Of a DNA stretch of 64,000 nt, positions 52,891-64,000 are shown one piece after another (the stretch's first letter is position 1; every line of letters starts with the position of its first letter). Source of the DNA: Felis catus (lineage: Eukaryota); the NCBI RefSeq assembly GCF_018350175.1, contig NC_058368.1, positions 47,122,001 to 47,186,000 on the forward strand, given 5' to 3'. The position numbers were made by a program, and so were the translations under genes. Below the pieces are notes generated by a model. It was not told the origin of the DNA, made no database searches, and was given only the letters and a program-made list of their open reading frames with translations.

Positions 52891-53576
52891 GGGTTTTTTT
52901 GTTTGTTTGTTCGTTTGTTTGTTTTTGTTTTAATTTACATCCAAGTTAGTTAGCAGATAGTGCAATAATGATTTCAGGAGTAGAATCCAGTGATTCATCC
53001 CCTACATATAATACCCAGTGCTCATCCCAACAAGTGTCCTCCTTAATGCCCCTTGCCCATTTAGCCCATCCCCAACCCAAAACCTCTCCAGCAACCCTCA
53101 GTTTGATATCTATATTTAAGAGTCTCTTATGTTTTGTCTCCCTGTTTTTATGTTATTTTTGCTTCCCTTCTCTTATGTTCATCTGTTTTGTCTCTTAAAT
53201 TCCACATATGAGTTAAGTCACATGATATTTGTCTTTCTCTGACTAATTTTGCTTAGCGTTAATACCTTCTAGTTCCATCCACATAGTTGCAAATGGCAAC
53301 TTGCAAATGGCAAGATTTGTGTGTGTGTGTGTGTGTGTATACCACATCTTCTTTATTCATCTGTTGATGGACATTTGGGCTCTTTCCATACTTTGGCTAT
53401 TGTTGATAATGCTGCTATAAACATGGGGGTGCATGTGTCCCTTCAAAACAGCACACCTGTATCCTTTGGATGAATACCTAGTAGTGCATTTGCTGGGTCG
53501 TAGGGTAGTTCTTTTTTAAATTTTTTGAGGAAACTCCATACTTTTTTCCAGAGTGGCATCACCAGTTTGCATTCCC
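52891..53576 (-). mobile_element. 5'-truncated carnivore/felid L1
   Basis: Antisense L1 3' end with a (TTTG)n tail. Perfect 14-bp TSD aggaatggtttaag at 52877-52890 and 53577-53590. Confidence 0.95.
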
Positions 53577-54049
53577 AGGAATGGTTTAAGTTTTTAAAAA
53601 TTCCTTGCTTGATTTTTCCAAAGAATAAATTTTAGTTTCAATGTCTCTTCATTCTGTATAGCATGAAGGTTATATATTACTCATCACTACCTGAAGCTTT
53701 CTGCTAGATAAAATAAAAGGTCATTCACTGGACCCAAAGTAAAAATGAGCCCTGCAGGTCAAATTCAGTCCACCTTTTCTCCCTCACCCAGTGGCCAGGA
53801 GACTTTCAATAAAAGATTTTAACAAAGAAAGAAGGGAGGGAAGGGAAAGAGTGGGAGGGAGGAAGGGTACAAAGAAAAGCAAAGAAAAAATAGAGAAGAA
53901 ATGAAAAACAAAGAAATGTTTCATCTAATTAGCACTCAAAACCTATTAAGATCTAATGGCTTGGAATCTAAGGAATTTGAGAAACAGAATTTAAACAGGA
54001 AATGTTAAGTTCAGGTAGCACCATTAGGCACTTGAAGTGAAAAGGAAAA

Positions 54050-54867
54050 GAAAGGTTTCAGCAATTTATTCAAGTCAAAAAGTGAGAATGGCATGTTCTG
54101 CTTCCAAAGCACTGTTGTGCTATGAACTGTGCAATTCAAGTTCATTGCATGATGTAGAAGTGATCAAAACTGAATTTTCTTCGTCGTATGCTCTAAATCA
54201 TAAAGGGTTTATGTACTTCTTAAAGATAAAGAATTTGGACTTCTTTTATTGTAGTGCATTCAGATGACTGAGTCAGAAAAACTTGTTGAAGATATTTATT
54301 GAGCTGCTACCTCCGATGAAGGACTTTTTGGAATTAATAGGCTCTGAGAGACCCAACTTGTCAGCCCCCCAGTGGCTCAGAAAGCTGTACATCCTTGTGA
54401 ATATGACAAGACGTCTAAACACCCTGAACCTGAGACTGCAGGGGAACAAAAGAGCATTGCTGATTTGTTCAAAGTACGAATAAGCAGATTCCATGTGGAC
54501 ATGTGGACTGAGCAGATGGCAACTGGGGATGGTACTCGCTTCCCATGCCTGAACTATCAAAGCTCAAAATATTCAAAGATTTTGAAGAATTGCAGAATTA
54601 ATTGATGGAAATAACATCATAATTTTAGAAGAAATTCATAGAGTTTACTGAATACAAATCATGTTAATGTCTGTGCTGTCTTTTGAGGTAATATCCAGAT
54701 GTGTCTACACTAGCAAAGATCTACACTATGAGGCATCATACAGTTTCACAAGAAAAGGTTGTATGGACAGTGCTGCCCAGAAAATAAAGTATCCCTGAAA
54801 ATGTAATTTATCTGATATTTCGATACATTTGGTCAAATTTTCTATCTTGCTCTGAAAGTATATTTCT
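54050..54867 (+). mobile_element. Fossil hAT (Charlie/Buster-type) transposase fragment
   Basis: ORF pieces ...VIKTEFSSSYALNHKGF...FR*LSQKNLLKIFIELLPPMKDFLE...LSAPQWLRKLYILVNMTRRLNTLNLRLQG resemble the ALNHRQF / VRWLS / WL..LAFLVD..LN.LNLKLQG motifs of GTF2IRD2/EPM2AIP1-like hAT transposases. Stops and frameshifts are present. Confidence 0.85.
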
Positions 54868-55295
54868 TGCTACACTGAATGCTGCTCATGTCTTGGCCAG
54901 ATCTCTTTGACCAGGACTGGTGTAGCCATTCCCTAGTTGGGGCTGTTGGTTACTAATGGCATAAACTAAAATCTTTTCCAGGTAATTGACCTCAACCAAG
55001 CAAGAGGTGCCTGATCTGAGAGATTATGTCACATCTCCACTCCTGGGAACAGATAAGCCAATGACTCTCTCTGGGGGCAGGGGTGGGCTAGCTTCACGAA
55101 CCAGCTTGATGTTGCAATTCATACCCCAGAGCTCCCGATGGAATAGTTTAAAGCTACTCTCCATCTGGACCTACATCCTGTTATAAGTGCATTCTACTGC
55201 CTACCTTGTTTTTCTCCTCTTATCCCCAGAAAACAAATAGTATCTCTCTGAATCCCTGTCTCAGACCCCGCTTCTAGGAAACATGACCTAAAACA
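54868..55295 (+). mobile_element. ERVL 5' LTR (LTR16 family)
   Basis: gccaatgact...tgcaattcataccccagagctccc...gaatccctgtctcagaccccgcttctaggaaacatgacctaaaaca matches recalled LTR16. Directly followed by gttggtact, the start of ERVL internal sequence. Confidence 0.85.
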
Positions 55296-56470
55296 GTTGG
55301 TACTGGGACTGCTCCTTGGAAGCAAACTTGAAGGTTAAGATCTTGAAGTTGAATCACTTGCCAGCCAGCTGGACCTTCGCATTTGAGCCATATGACTCAG
55401 CAGACTGGATGGTTCAAAAGGAATCTGTACCAGGAAAAGGTACCATGTGGTATCACTAGCAAGCCCCATCAGAAAGCCCACAAGAAGGTTCCTGAAGTTC
55501 AAAAGTAAGACAACGCCATCTGCAACAGAGAACTATACACCATTCATAGTGTTCTTGCCATGCTACTGGGTCTTAGTAAAGAAGGAGCATCTGACCTTGG
55601 GACGTCAAACAGCCATATAGCTATAACTACCTAAAATCAGCTGGCTATGCCAAGCACACAAAGTCACTAGATCGGCTAGGCTGAGAAGCACCAGGATCAG
55701 GCTCAAGCATGTTCAGAAGACATAACTAAGCTGCACAGAGAGACAAACAGATGCTCAGCCTGCCCACCACTTTGCAGGGATACCACTTGCTCAGGTCACA
55801 GCTGTGGTCTCATGGGGACTTCCTTGTGACAGCTGACAGAGGAAGAAACAACCTGAACATCGTTCACAGATAAGTCAGCTCAGGATATGGGTGCAATCCC
55901 CAAATCCCCAAAATGATGACCGTTTAAACTACAGGGTGGTTTTGAAAGACAGCGGTGTAGGAAAATCCTCCCGGTGGATAGAACTTCAAGTGCATACCTG
56001 ACCCTCTACCTTGTGTGCAGAGAGAGGGAGCCCAAAATAAGGAAGACTTTGACTTATGGGCAGCGACAAATGGCTTGGTTGGTTGAGGAGGGATCTGAAA
56101 AGAGCAAGATGAAATACTGGAGACAAGAAGATCTGGGGAAGAAACATGTGGGTGAATTTATGGGAATGGCCATAAGATGTAAAGAATTTTGAATCGATCA
56201 GTACATTATTGCACATCCGAGAATAACTACTGCCGAGTAGACACCAAATAACCAAGTGGAAAGGTTACGGGTCAGCCAGTTATCAGCCAAGGTCTGTCTT
56301 TAACCAGCCTAACGGGCTCACAGAAGAGTATTGAAGGTGAAAAGATGGAGGAGGGCACAGATTCTCTTTCATCAAGGCTGATCCAGCTTTTCTGCTGCTG
56401 CTGAATGTCTGACCTGGCAGCAACCAAGACCAAGGGTAAGCTTCTAAGATGGCACCATCCCTTGAAAACA
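55296..56470 (+). mobile_element. ERVL internal fragment (pol tether, RNase H, start of integrase), heavily deleted
   Basis: Decayed frames read PSATENYTPF...CYWVLV, SWG.P, LKDSGVGKSSRWIELQ, GDKKIWGRNMW and DGTIP, all recognisable ERVL pol motifs. Confidence 0.88.
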
Positions 56471-56774
56471 CTTCTTTGTGTTCACGCTCACTTCAAGTTA
56501 AATGTCCTCATGGTACAGATGTTGGTTGTTTCCAAAAATGCCTTTAACCTCTAGCACTGGCTACCTAATGTTTTAAAAGTAATTCTTTTCCCCCAGTCTT
56601 TTGCTACACGCTAGAAGATAAACATAAAAATCTATGGAACAAATATGTAGGCTTTCTAAACCCATTATTTAAGCTTGTCTTGACCCCTTTGGTTCTACTT
56701 CTCAGTCCTAGATATTTTAGGAGTTAAAAGTATAAACTCATTTTCCTGTTGGTCTAATAAAAGGGAACTCATTT

Positions 56775-56893
56775 ACTTATTCATTCATTTAGTTAACGAA
56801 TATTTACTGAGTGCCTAATAAATGCCAGGAACTGTTCCTAAGACTAGGGACATGGCAGTGAACAGAATCAAGAGTGAGCCTGCTTTGAGACCA
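56775..56893 (-). mobile_element. L2 LINE 3' end
   Basis: ttattcattcatttagttaacgaatatttactgagtgcctaataaatgccaggaactgttc. Confidence 0.85.
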
Positions 56894-57445
56894 TGTTTTA
56901 GCATGGGGTTCTCTGTTAGCAGAGCTTAAAACAAAGGTTTGCGTGCAGGTTATTGGTTTAGAACATTATCCCAGGAAGTAGAAGTAAGATATAAGGGGAA
57001 GGACAAGGAAAGGAGATAAAGTCAGTTTAAGAATGCATTATTAAATGGGCCACCAAAAAGAGTCACGAGTGCTTCATGCTACAGGGCCATCAACTGAAGA
57101 GACTTGGGAACTGTTTCTCAAGAACTATCTACCTAAAGGTTGAAAAGGGAAGGCATTATTTTTTGGCTTTCATTACCCTTTGGTCAAAGGTGGCCACAAG
57201 GCATTCACTTCCCTGAAATTGCGGGCTGAGCATGTGTGAGGACTGAATGGCTTCCTACTGAAGTGAGAGGTGCACACACGAGCCCAAGGTGAAGTACTAT
57301 CAGATTATACGTGCACAAAGCCGATTAAAAGCCTGCACAAGGATGGTCAGAATACTCACAGAATTGATCACCCCAGAAGTAGTTGAGGTAAAATGTGGGG
57401 ACAAGTGGATCTATTTATGCCTGCCACAAAATCCGATTTGTCACA
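56894..57445 (-). mobile_element. ERVL 3' LTR (LTR33 family)
   Basis: Minus strand reads cacctttgaccaaaggg...cttcctgggataatgttctaaaccaataacctgcac...gagaaccccatgctaaaaca, preceded by a purine tract aagagggac (PPT-like). Confidence 0.8.
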
Positions 57446-58515
57446 AAGTCCCTCTTATGGTGTGGCCTACTGTATTTTATGTAAGGATTGAATGCAAGAA
57501 GCCATATTGAACAAACTATTATCCCCATTGCTGCCTCTGGTCCTGAATCTGTAATTCTTCTTTCACCACACGCTCTAAATTTTCCTCACTCTTTAGCAGC
57601 ATCTTGGTGTTGTAGATTGCGTGCCTGGGGGAGAACCAGATTGTCATCCCTAAGAAGTACGAGACTTTGCTTCACTGGCCCTTGGTAGGGTTGCTTCAAC
57701 TACTTGCTGGTTATCACCAGGCATGGGAACTCAAGGCAGTACTCCAGTGCACCTTTTCTTTCAGGCACACCCCTCTCTGCCCTATCGTGCAGCAGCAACC
57801 TTCGTTAACTCTTCACGAAAATAAGATTCGATTTCTCCTGCCAATATCATAACACTTTTTTACTGCTAGTTCTTTGGCATGAAGAGTCCCAAGCACCCAG
57901 CTGGTAGTAATAGTTTCAAGTTCACCATGAAGGAAGGGTTCCCCCATCCCCATCAGAAAGCAGAACTTCTAATCCAGCAGAATCAGTTTACAAAGATAGG
58001 AACTACAAATTCCACAATGAGTCACTAGTCATAATTGGGAGAGGAGCCAATTTTGCTTTTACCTGTTGGCTTCCAGACTCTTACATTCTAACTACTGAAC
58101 TCAGAACCAAATTAGGGGTTCAGTGCACATCCCACCTCTTGGAGGCTGGTACCCTGACTCCAGAAGTGCTATCCCTAAGCTGTCACCTTCACCAACTGCT
58201 TCCTGGGCCAATTCCACCATTCTGCTGCATTGATGAGGTTTAGGTAAGAAAAGTCAATCTTGTGCCAAATTTCACATCTCTTTATTGCTATAAAACGGGC
58301 CACTTACTCTGAAGTAACGTTGTATAGCATATAATTTTTATATATCAGCCATTTTGTAAGTCTTCTTAAAGTCTGGTGGTTCTGAGAGATCTTGTGCAGG
58401 CAAGGAAAGGAAACCTGTGTCTACAACAACATCCTGATAAGAAGGAATCACTGCCATCCTTTAGGTTGAAAGGAGTCCATTGTAATCATTGTAGCACCAA
58501 GTAGTTGAGCCCCTT
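57446..58515 (-). mobile_element. ERVL internal fragment (integrase core and 3' region)
   Basis: Minus strand from 58510 follows the ERVL integrase start (consensus QPATWWQVDYIGPLP...GFAFPA...TTI.GLTECLI...IASDQGTHF) in degenerate form. Confidence 0.75.
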
Positions 58516-58529
58516 TGAATACAGCTTGC

Positions 58530-59665
58530 TTTATAATTTTGACTTTGGAAACAAGTAAACAATATATAGATTTGTAAATCAAATAGAAAAGGAAATTAAG
58601 AAATCTCTAATGATCAGACGGCAACCAAAACAGAGGAATATTAACTAATTACATATTGAATTAGAATGACAATCACACAGAGAATAATTATATCACAGGG
58701 TTTTAAACACATCATTGTGACTATACATTCTCCGTTGAATATATCATATGGACCAAAAAAGGCACAGAAAAATCTTAAATAGCATTCAGTAGTCTTGCCT
58801 ATTACTGGCAATATTGTTATTATCTAAACTATTACATAGATGGAAGAATCAAACAAATAAGTTTTATATTCATGTCATTGTCAAACAAGATTTTCTTCTA
58901 GGTGTATACACCAGAAAGGCCTGGAAACCATGTGAACTATCTCAATCACTCAGATTTTGGTGTCTATATACTAATTCCTACTAAAATAAGACAGACCTCC
59001 TTGGAGAAGTGGTTGGTTGCCATTCTAGGGCTGCTAAGCTATGTGACTGCGCTTAAAAGAAAAGAATATGTGGAATATGTGACTGTGCTTAAAAGAAAAG
59101 AAGTTATCAAGGACCAATGAGGCCATGTTTAAAGACACAAAAGTCAGCTTGAAGGTGCTCTCATTAGCCAAAGATGGAACAATTTGAACATCAAACAGAA
59201 TAATAATCACTACAATGAATTAAAATGTTAAAATGAATCAAAGTATTTTAAATCCCATGAGGTTCACAACAATGTTTCTTTTGAAAACTCATGGGTCAAT
59301 ATTGCAGGTAGATAGGGCACCAATTTATTATTCTAAAACTTGGTAAATAAAAAGAAAGAATTGGGACACCTGGGTGGCTCGGTTGGTTAAGTGTACAACT
59401 CTTGGTTTCAGTTCAGGTCATGATCTCATAATGATCATGAGATGGAGCCCCTTCATCGGGCCCCATCCTGAGCAAGTAGCCTGCTTGGGATTCTCTCTCT
59501 CCCTATCTCAATCTCTGTCCCCTCCTCAACTTGAGTAATTGTGCTCCCGCTCTTTCTCTCTCCCAAAATAAATAAATAAACACTTAAAAAATAAAAATAA
59601 GAAGAAAGAATCAAGCATTCATTTGCTTTTCTTGATTGTATTTTAGGGAAGCCAAATAGTTAATG
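58530..59665 (+). mobile_element. L1MC-type 3' UTR interrupted by a SINE
   Basis: gacagacctccttggagaagtgg...cagcttgaaggtgctctcattagccaaagatggaacaatttgaacatcaa. Confidence 0.8.
59363..59600 (+). mobile_element. Older Can-SINE
   Basis: gggacacctgggtggctcggttggttaag head, TSD aagaaagaat. Confidence 0.93.
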
Positions 59666-59998
59666 AAGTTATATTAGGGGATTTGGAGAGATATGACATT
59701 TTTATTTTACACGTAAAATGTAAAATCTTTATTTTACAGACGAAGACACTAACGGAGGTTAAGCAACTTGACCAAGGTCCCTGGCTAATAAGATCTCAAA
59801 TACACATTTGGGATCATACATATGGTTATATATAGTTACATGTAGTTACAAGTTTTGTATCTTCCTTTTTTTTTCTTAGTTTATCATGAATATTTCAAAT
59901 GTCATTAAATGTGCTTTGATAACATAGTTTCTAGTGGTAGTATATTTTTTTTTATCCGTTGGATATATTTTAATTTAACTCAGTATTATTGGCTAAGT

Positions 59999-60555
59999 TG
60001 TATTAGTTTTCTATGTCTGTGTAACAAATTGCTGCAAATTTAGCAGCTTAAAACAATACTCATTAATTAGCTCACCATCTATAGGTTAGAAATCTGGCAT
60101 GGCTTGGGTGGGTTCTGTGCTTAGGGTATCTCAAGGTTGAAAGCAAGATGTTGAGAAGACTGAGCTACCATCTGGAAGCTCTGGGGGAAAATCTGCTATT
60201 CTAAGATCATTCTTATTGTCAGAATTTGGTTCCTTACAAGTTTAGGATTGAGGTATTCCTTTCCCTGCTTGCTCTCAGCCAGGGGCCTGTCTCAGCTCAG
60301 AGGGGCCACCTGCACTCCTTGCCACATGATACCCTACATCTTAAAACAAGCAACAAGGCATTGAATGAATGGTTCTCTGCTTTGAATCTCTGACTTCCTA
60401 CTCTGTGACCAGCTGGGAAAAGAACTCTACTTTAAACAGGCTTTTGGGATTAGCTTAGAACCACCTGGATAGTCTCTCCATTTTAAAGTTAACTGTGCCA
60501 TAAAACGTAACCTATTCATGAGAGTTAAATCCATTATATTCCCAGTCCCGGAACT
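59999..60555 (-). mobile_element. MaLR LTR (MLT1D/E-like)
   Basis: tgtattagttttctatgtctgtgtaacaaattgctgcaaatttagcagcttaaaacaa is the canonical antisense MLT1 terminus. Confidence 0.88.
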
Positions 60556-60559
60556 GTGC

Positions 60560-60875
60560 AGAGTGCATAGCTACATGGGAAATATCTTCCTCTCGGCCCT
60601 TTTTCTCTTCCCTTGAATGTAGTTGTGTGAGACCATGGTTCTTGGTTGCGGTCATCTTGCTACACGGAGGCAACAAACCTAAGGAAGAAATGTAATTCCC
60701 GACCATGGCAGGGCAGACAGATATAAACAGCCTGGGTCTTTGAACGGCCCAACCTGACCTGGAATAGCCCACCTATGGAATTCTTGATCTGTAGGATAAT
60801 TACATGTGCTTAACGCTCTTAATGCTGAAGTCCTGTGGCTTGAGTTTGATATTTGAGTATTCTCTAACTTACTGC
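60560..60875 (+). mobile_element. Old MaLR LTR fragment (MLT1)
   Basis: ggtcatcttgctacac...cctggaatagcccacctatggaattcttg...attctctaac. Confidence 0.55.
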
Positions 60876-62504
60876 TGAATAAAACCTTTCAAACTCATGA
60901 ACACATTGTATCATTCATTTGAACATTAAAAACACTCAAAAACTTTATATTTACTTCAGAAAACATACATAAGTAGTAAAAGTATAAAAACACACATAAG
61001 AGTGATACATACCTACTTCAACCTGATGGCTCCTGTAGGTCGACGAAAATTCAGAGAGTTGTACAAAAGGGAGCCTCACCTCTACCTGCAATGTACCGTC
61101 TATTTTCTTAAATCCTGAAATAAACATGCCAAATGTGAAATGTATCAAAGCTCATAATAGGTGGGGGGGCATTTATGCTCTTTCCCTTTCCTTTTCTCTG
61201 TGTCAAATATTTTAAAATAATAAAAATGTAAAATAGGAGAAAAAAAAAAAAAAAAACTGAGGCAAGACATGAGAAAATACTTGCCCAGAGTCAGGAATTC
61301 TCTATACTCCCTGGAGGAAAGGAGTTTACCTGCGCAGCCCCCACCCTTGTTCCATCCCTCCTTCTTCCTCTGTGCCCCTTCTGGGGACAAGGACAGGGAT
61401 AAACTGTAAGGTCAAAGGATGATCTGACTAGAAGGCAGGCAGCCTACTTCCTAAGGACCACACCAAGGAGAGAATTTTGGGAGCAAGCAACAATCCTTCC
61501 CTTTAGCAGGGAAAGTGCTAAGAGCCACAAATTCTCCTCCCTGGACCACCATTTGCCTAACAGGCCTCTAAATGCTTGATTTAACTATGCAAAAACACTT
61601 CTAATTATATTCATTTATGTGACTGACTTACCATTTGAATCTAATTGCCATGCAGCAAAATAACTGTTAAAGCATATCATTAAACAACTTGAATAATTAG
61701 AGAGAGATTTGCTTGTTCTCCTGATTTAATACTAAACTTTAGGGCAGGGACTTCACCCCTCTACCTTTTCTATCTTAAATTAGCTGGGGAAGAAGGCTGT
61801 GGAAACACTGACCAGCCCTCCATCTTGGCAGAAACCCTGGGTCTTACCGAACAGCCGGGGACTTCTAGCAACAGCTCCACAGCCCTGCTTGGGTATATTC
61901 ATCACAGTGGACATTTTTCCTCCGTTTCATTTCACTTCTTTCCTCAGGGACTTCCACATTTTAAACTATCCACTCCTGCCACTCTAAACCTGGTTTCTCC
62001 CTCAGCCACCCTCCCCCCTCACTCTACTCTCCCTCAGCTCCTGCCTGTTGTCCTTTGAGACCACAACTCAACTGTGGGTCCCCTGTCTTTTATCTGATCT
62101 CACTTGTCACATTTTGTCCCTTCAAGAACTTGACTCCTTTAAGTCACCATATCTTCCAATGGCTTCTGTCATGAAGACCATCTTCTCTCAATATCTGGCA
62201 GCTCAGAGTAGGGCCATGGGGGGACAAATGGGGGTTGCTTTCTCTTTTATTAAGGACACTTCCACAACTATATCATGGAGCTAGATACCTTTTTTTCATA
62301 GTTTTAATGATTTAAATTCAGTTTGTCTACCTCAAATTCTTCAAACCATACTCATTGTTGGTTACCTCTTCACCCATAGCTCATATCACCAGATTTATTT
62401 CTTCTGTCTTCCTTGGCCTCTGATTCACATTCTTCCTCTCCACTCCACCATCTAGTTTTATACTTAACAGATCACCATTCTTACTGATCACCCTTCAAAC
62501 TCCT

Positions 62505-62845
62505 TGACATTATTCAGCCTTATTCTCCTAAACGTTTTGAAACCCCTGAGCGCCAGATGCTGTGCCGAACACTGGAGATATAGTGATGAGCAAGGAAAAC
62601 ATGGCCCCTGCCCATACGGAGCTCCACAGTCTAGTAGAGACAACAGAAATGTAAACACATGTACACACGCAATAGCAGTTTTCCTACGTGTTGTTAAGAG
62701 ATATCACAGAGTACTGCAAAAGCATGTAAGAGAAAGATCTAAAACTTACTCTTCTAGGAAGGCTTCTCTGAGATATGACCTGAGATGAGTAGAGGAGAGC
62801 CAGATGGAAAGGTAGAAGAGCATTCTGAGCAGAGACCAGCACAGT
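62505..62845 (-). mobile_element. L2 LINE 3' fragment
   Basis: gccagatgctgtgccgaacactggagatatagtgatgagcaag...ccctgcccatacggagctccacagtctagt...aggaaggcttctctgag. Confidence 0.8.
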
Positions 62846-63310
62846 CTATCCCAATTTTCCTGATGTCTTACCATCCTCTTACGACTACTCTGGACTTTCT
62901 TCATCCTCGGATCCACAGTTAGGTGTTCTAATGTGGCTTCTTGAGCAAGCTAGATGCCTTTACCTTTTCTAAACCCACCCAGTTATTCTCAGTTGTAAAT
63001 TCTAGAGCACCTCCACAATTCACTCTCTTGCCTCTAGCTCTTAGAGAAGCTAACGGTATGAGATCATTTTTGTAGGTCACAGGCTGATAAATATCAGAAA
63101 TTTCATATGGTTTAAACTAATACGTTACCAAATAAACCTACTTGGCAACCGACAGTCATTGTAACCACTTCTAGCTAGTGTATTTCCCTTTAAATGTTTA
63201 TGGAAGCCATGCACTGAATGGCTAGTCTCCTTGGTCATTAAGACTTCCAGGGGAAAAGCTTTTATAATCAAAATAGTCACCCAACCCATTATTTCATGAC
63301 AAATAAACTC

Positions 63311-63522
63311 TTTTTTTTTAAGCTTATTTATTTATTTTGAGAGAGACAGAGAGTGCACACAAGTGGGGGTGGAGAAGAGAGAAGGAGAAACAGAATCCCA
63401 AGCAGTTTCCCCACCATCAGCACACAGCCCGATATAGGGCTTGAACTCACAAACTGTGAGATCATGACCTGAGCCTAGATCAAGAGTCAGATACTTAACC
63501 AACTGCACCACCCAGGCGCCCC
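63311..63522 (-). mobile_element. Can-SINE
   Basis: TSD aataaactctttt / aataaattctttt, ends cccaggcgcccc. Confidence 0.94.
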
Positions 63523-63764
63523 AATAAATTCTTTTTTTTAATCTAACCTATTCCTCTCTATTGCTCCTCAAAAAATGATATACCAAGAAGGTGTTTTGTT
63601 CTCTTCTGTGGACTAGCCCTGTAGATACTGATGAACTGTTATTTAGTTATTTTTTCTCTGTCATTCTTTTCAAAACAGCTACTCGAGAAGACTCCACTAG
63701 TACTATTTTTGTGGCTTCTGCACAAAATGAGCAAAGAAGTATATAAGGTAATAAGATTTACATA

Positions 63765-63960
63765 AGGTTTTCACGTACTTTATCACATTTGAGGCACAAT
63801 TCTATAAACTATGTAAGGCAGGTAATGTTCCCATGTTATAGTTGGGAAAACTGACTTTCAGAGATTTAGGTGACTGTGATATAGGCAATTAGCAAGTGGT
63901 AAAGTCACATTAGTGCTCATTTCTTCTGATTTTAATTCTGTGGTCTTCCCATGCCACTTC
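63765..63960 (-). mobile_element. MIR
   Basis: cccatgttatagttgggaaaactgactttcagagatttaggtgact. Confidence 0.7.
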
Positions 63961-64000
63961 ACCTCCTTTTTGTCTCTCTTGCAGGAGGGATGAGAGGGAC

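Noticed and set aside
54014..54030. tagcaccatt, resembling the miR-29 5' end
   Set aside because: The match stops after 10 nt and there is no precursor hairpin.
54868..58515. Single ERVL provirus split by a 2-kb inversion
   Set aside because: The two LTRs differ in family and length (LTR16-like versus LTR33-like), the + element has its own candidate TSD, and the flanking host repeats differ (hAT versus L2). Kept only as the weaker breakpoint observation.
1..64000. CRISPR arrays, tRNA/rRNA genes, operon-like systems
   Set aside because: Eukaryotic repeat-rich DNA with no repeat-spacer arrays. The tRNA-like A/B boxes seen belong to SINE heads.

Overview
AT-rich, repeat-dense mammalian DNA that looks intergenic or deep-intronic. 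About 21 carnivore tRNA-derived Can-SINEs, several of the felid SINEC_Fc type, point to a cat-family genome. I find no supportable protein-coding gene, RNA gene or CRISPR array. The short ORFs in the track are repeat-derived or chance. The only recognisable protein homology is in transposon fossils: a hAT/Charlie-type transposase (about 54.05-54.87 kb), two ERVL pol fragments (55.3-56.5 kb on +, 57.4-58.5 kb on -) and the L1 ORF2 C-terminus (38.2-39.2 kb). The rest is L1, L2, MIR, MaLR/ERV LTRs, microsatellites and a few CpG-retaining non-repeat patches that may be enhancers. I did not find a convincing new biological system. The best leads are modest: CpG excess inside very old repeats, repeated SINE insertion at one target site, a layered hAT/ERVL nest, and candidate enhancers. 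Repeat family names come from recalled consensus sequences, not an alignment. Boundaries of old repeats are approximate and CpG counts are by hand.
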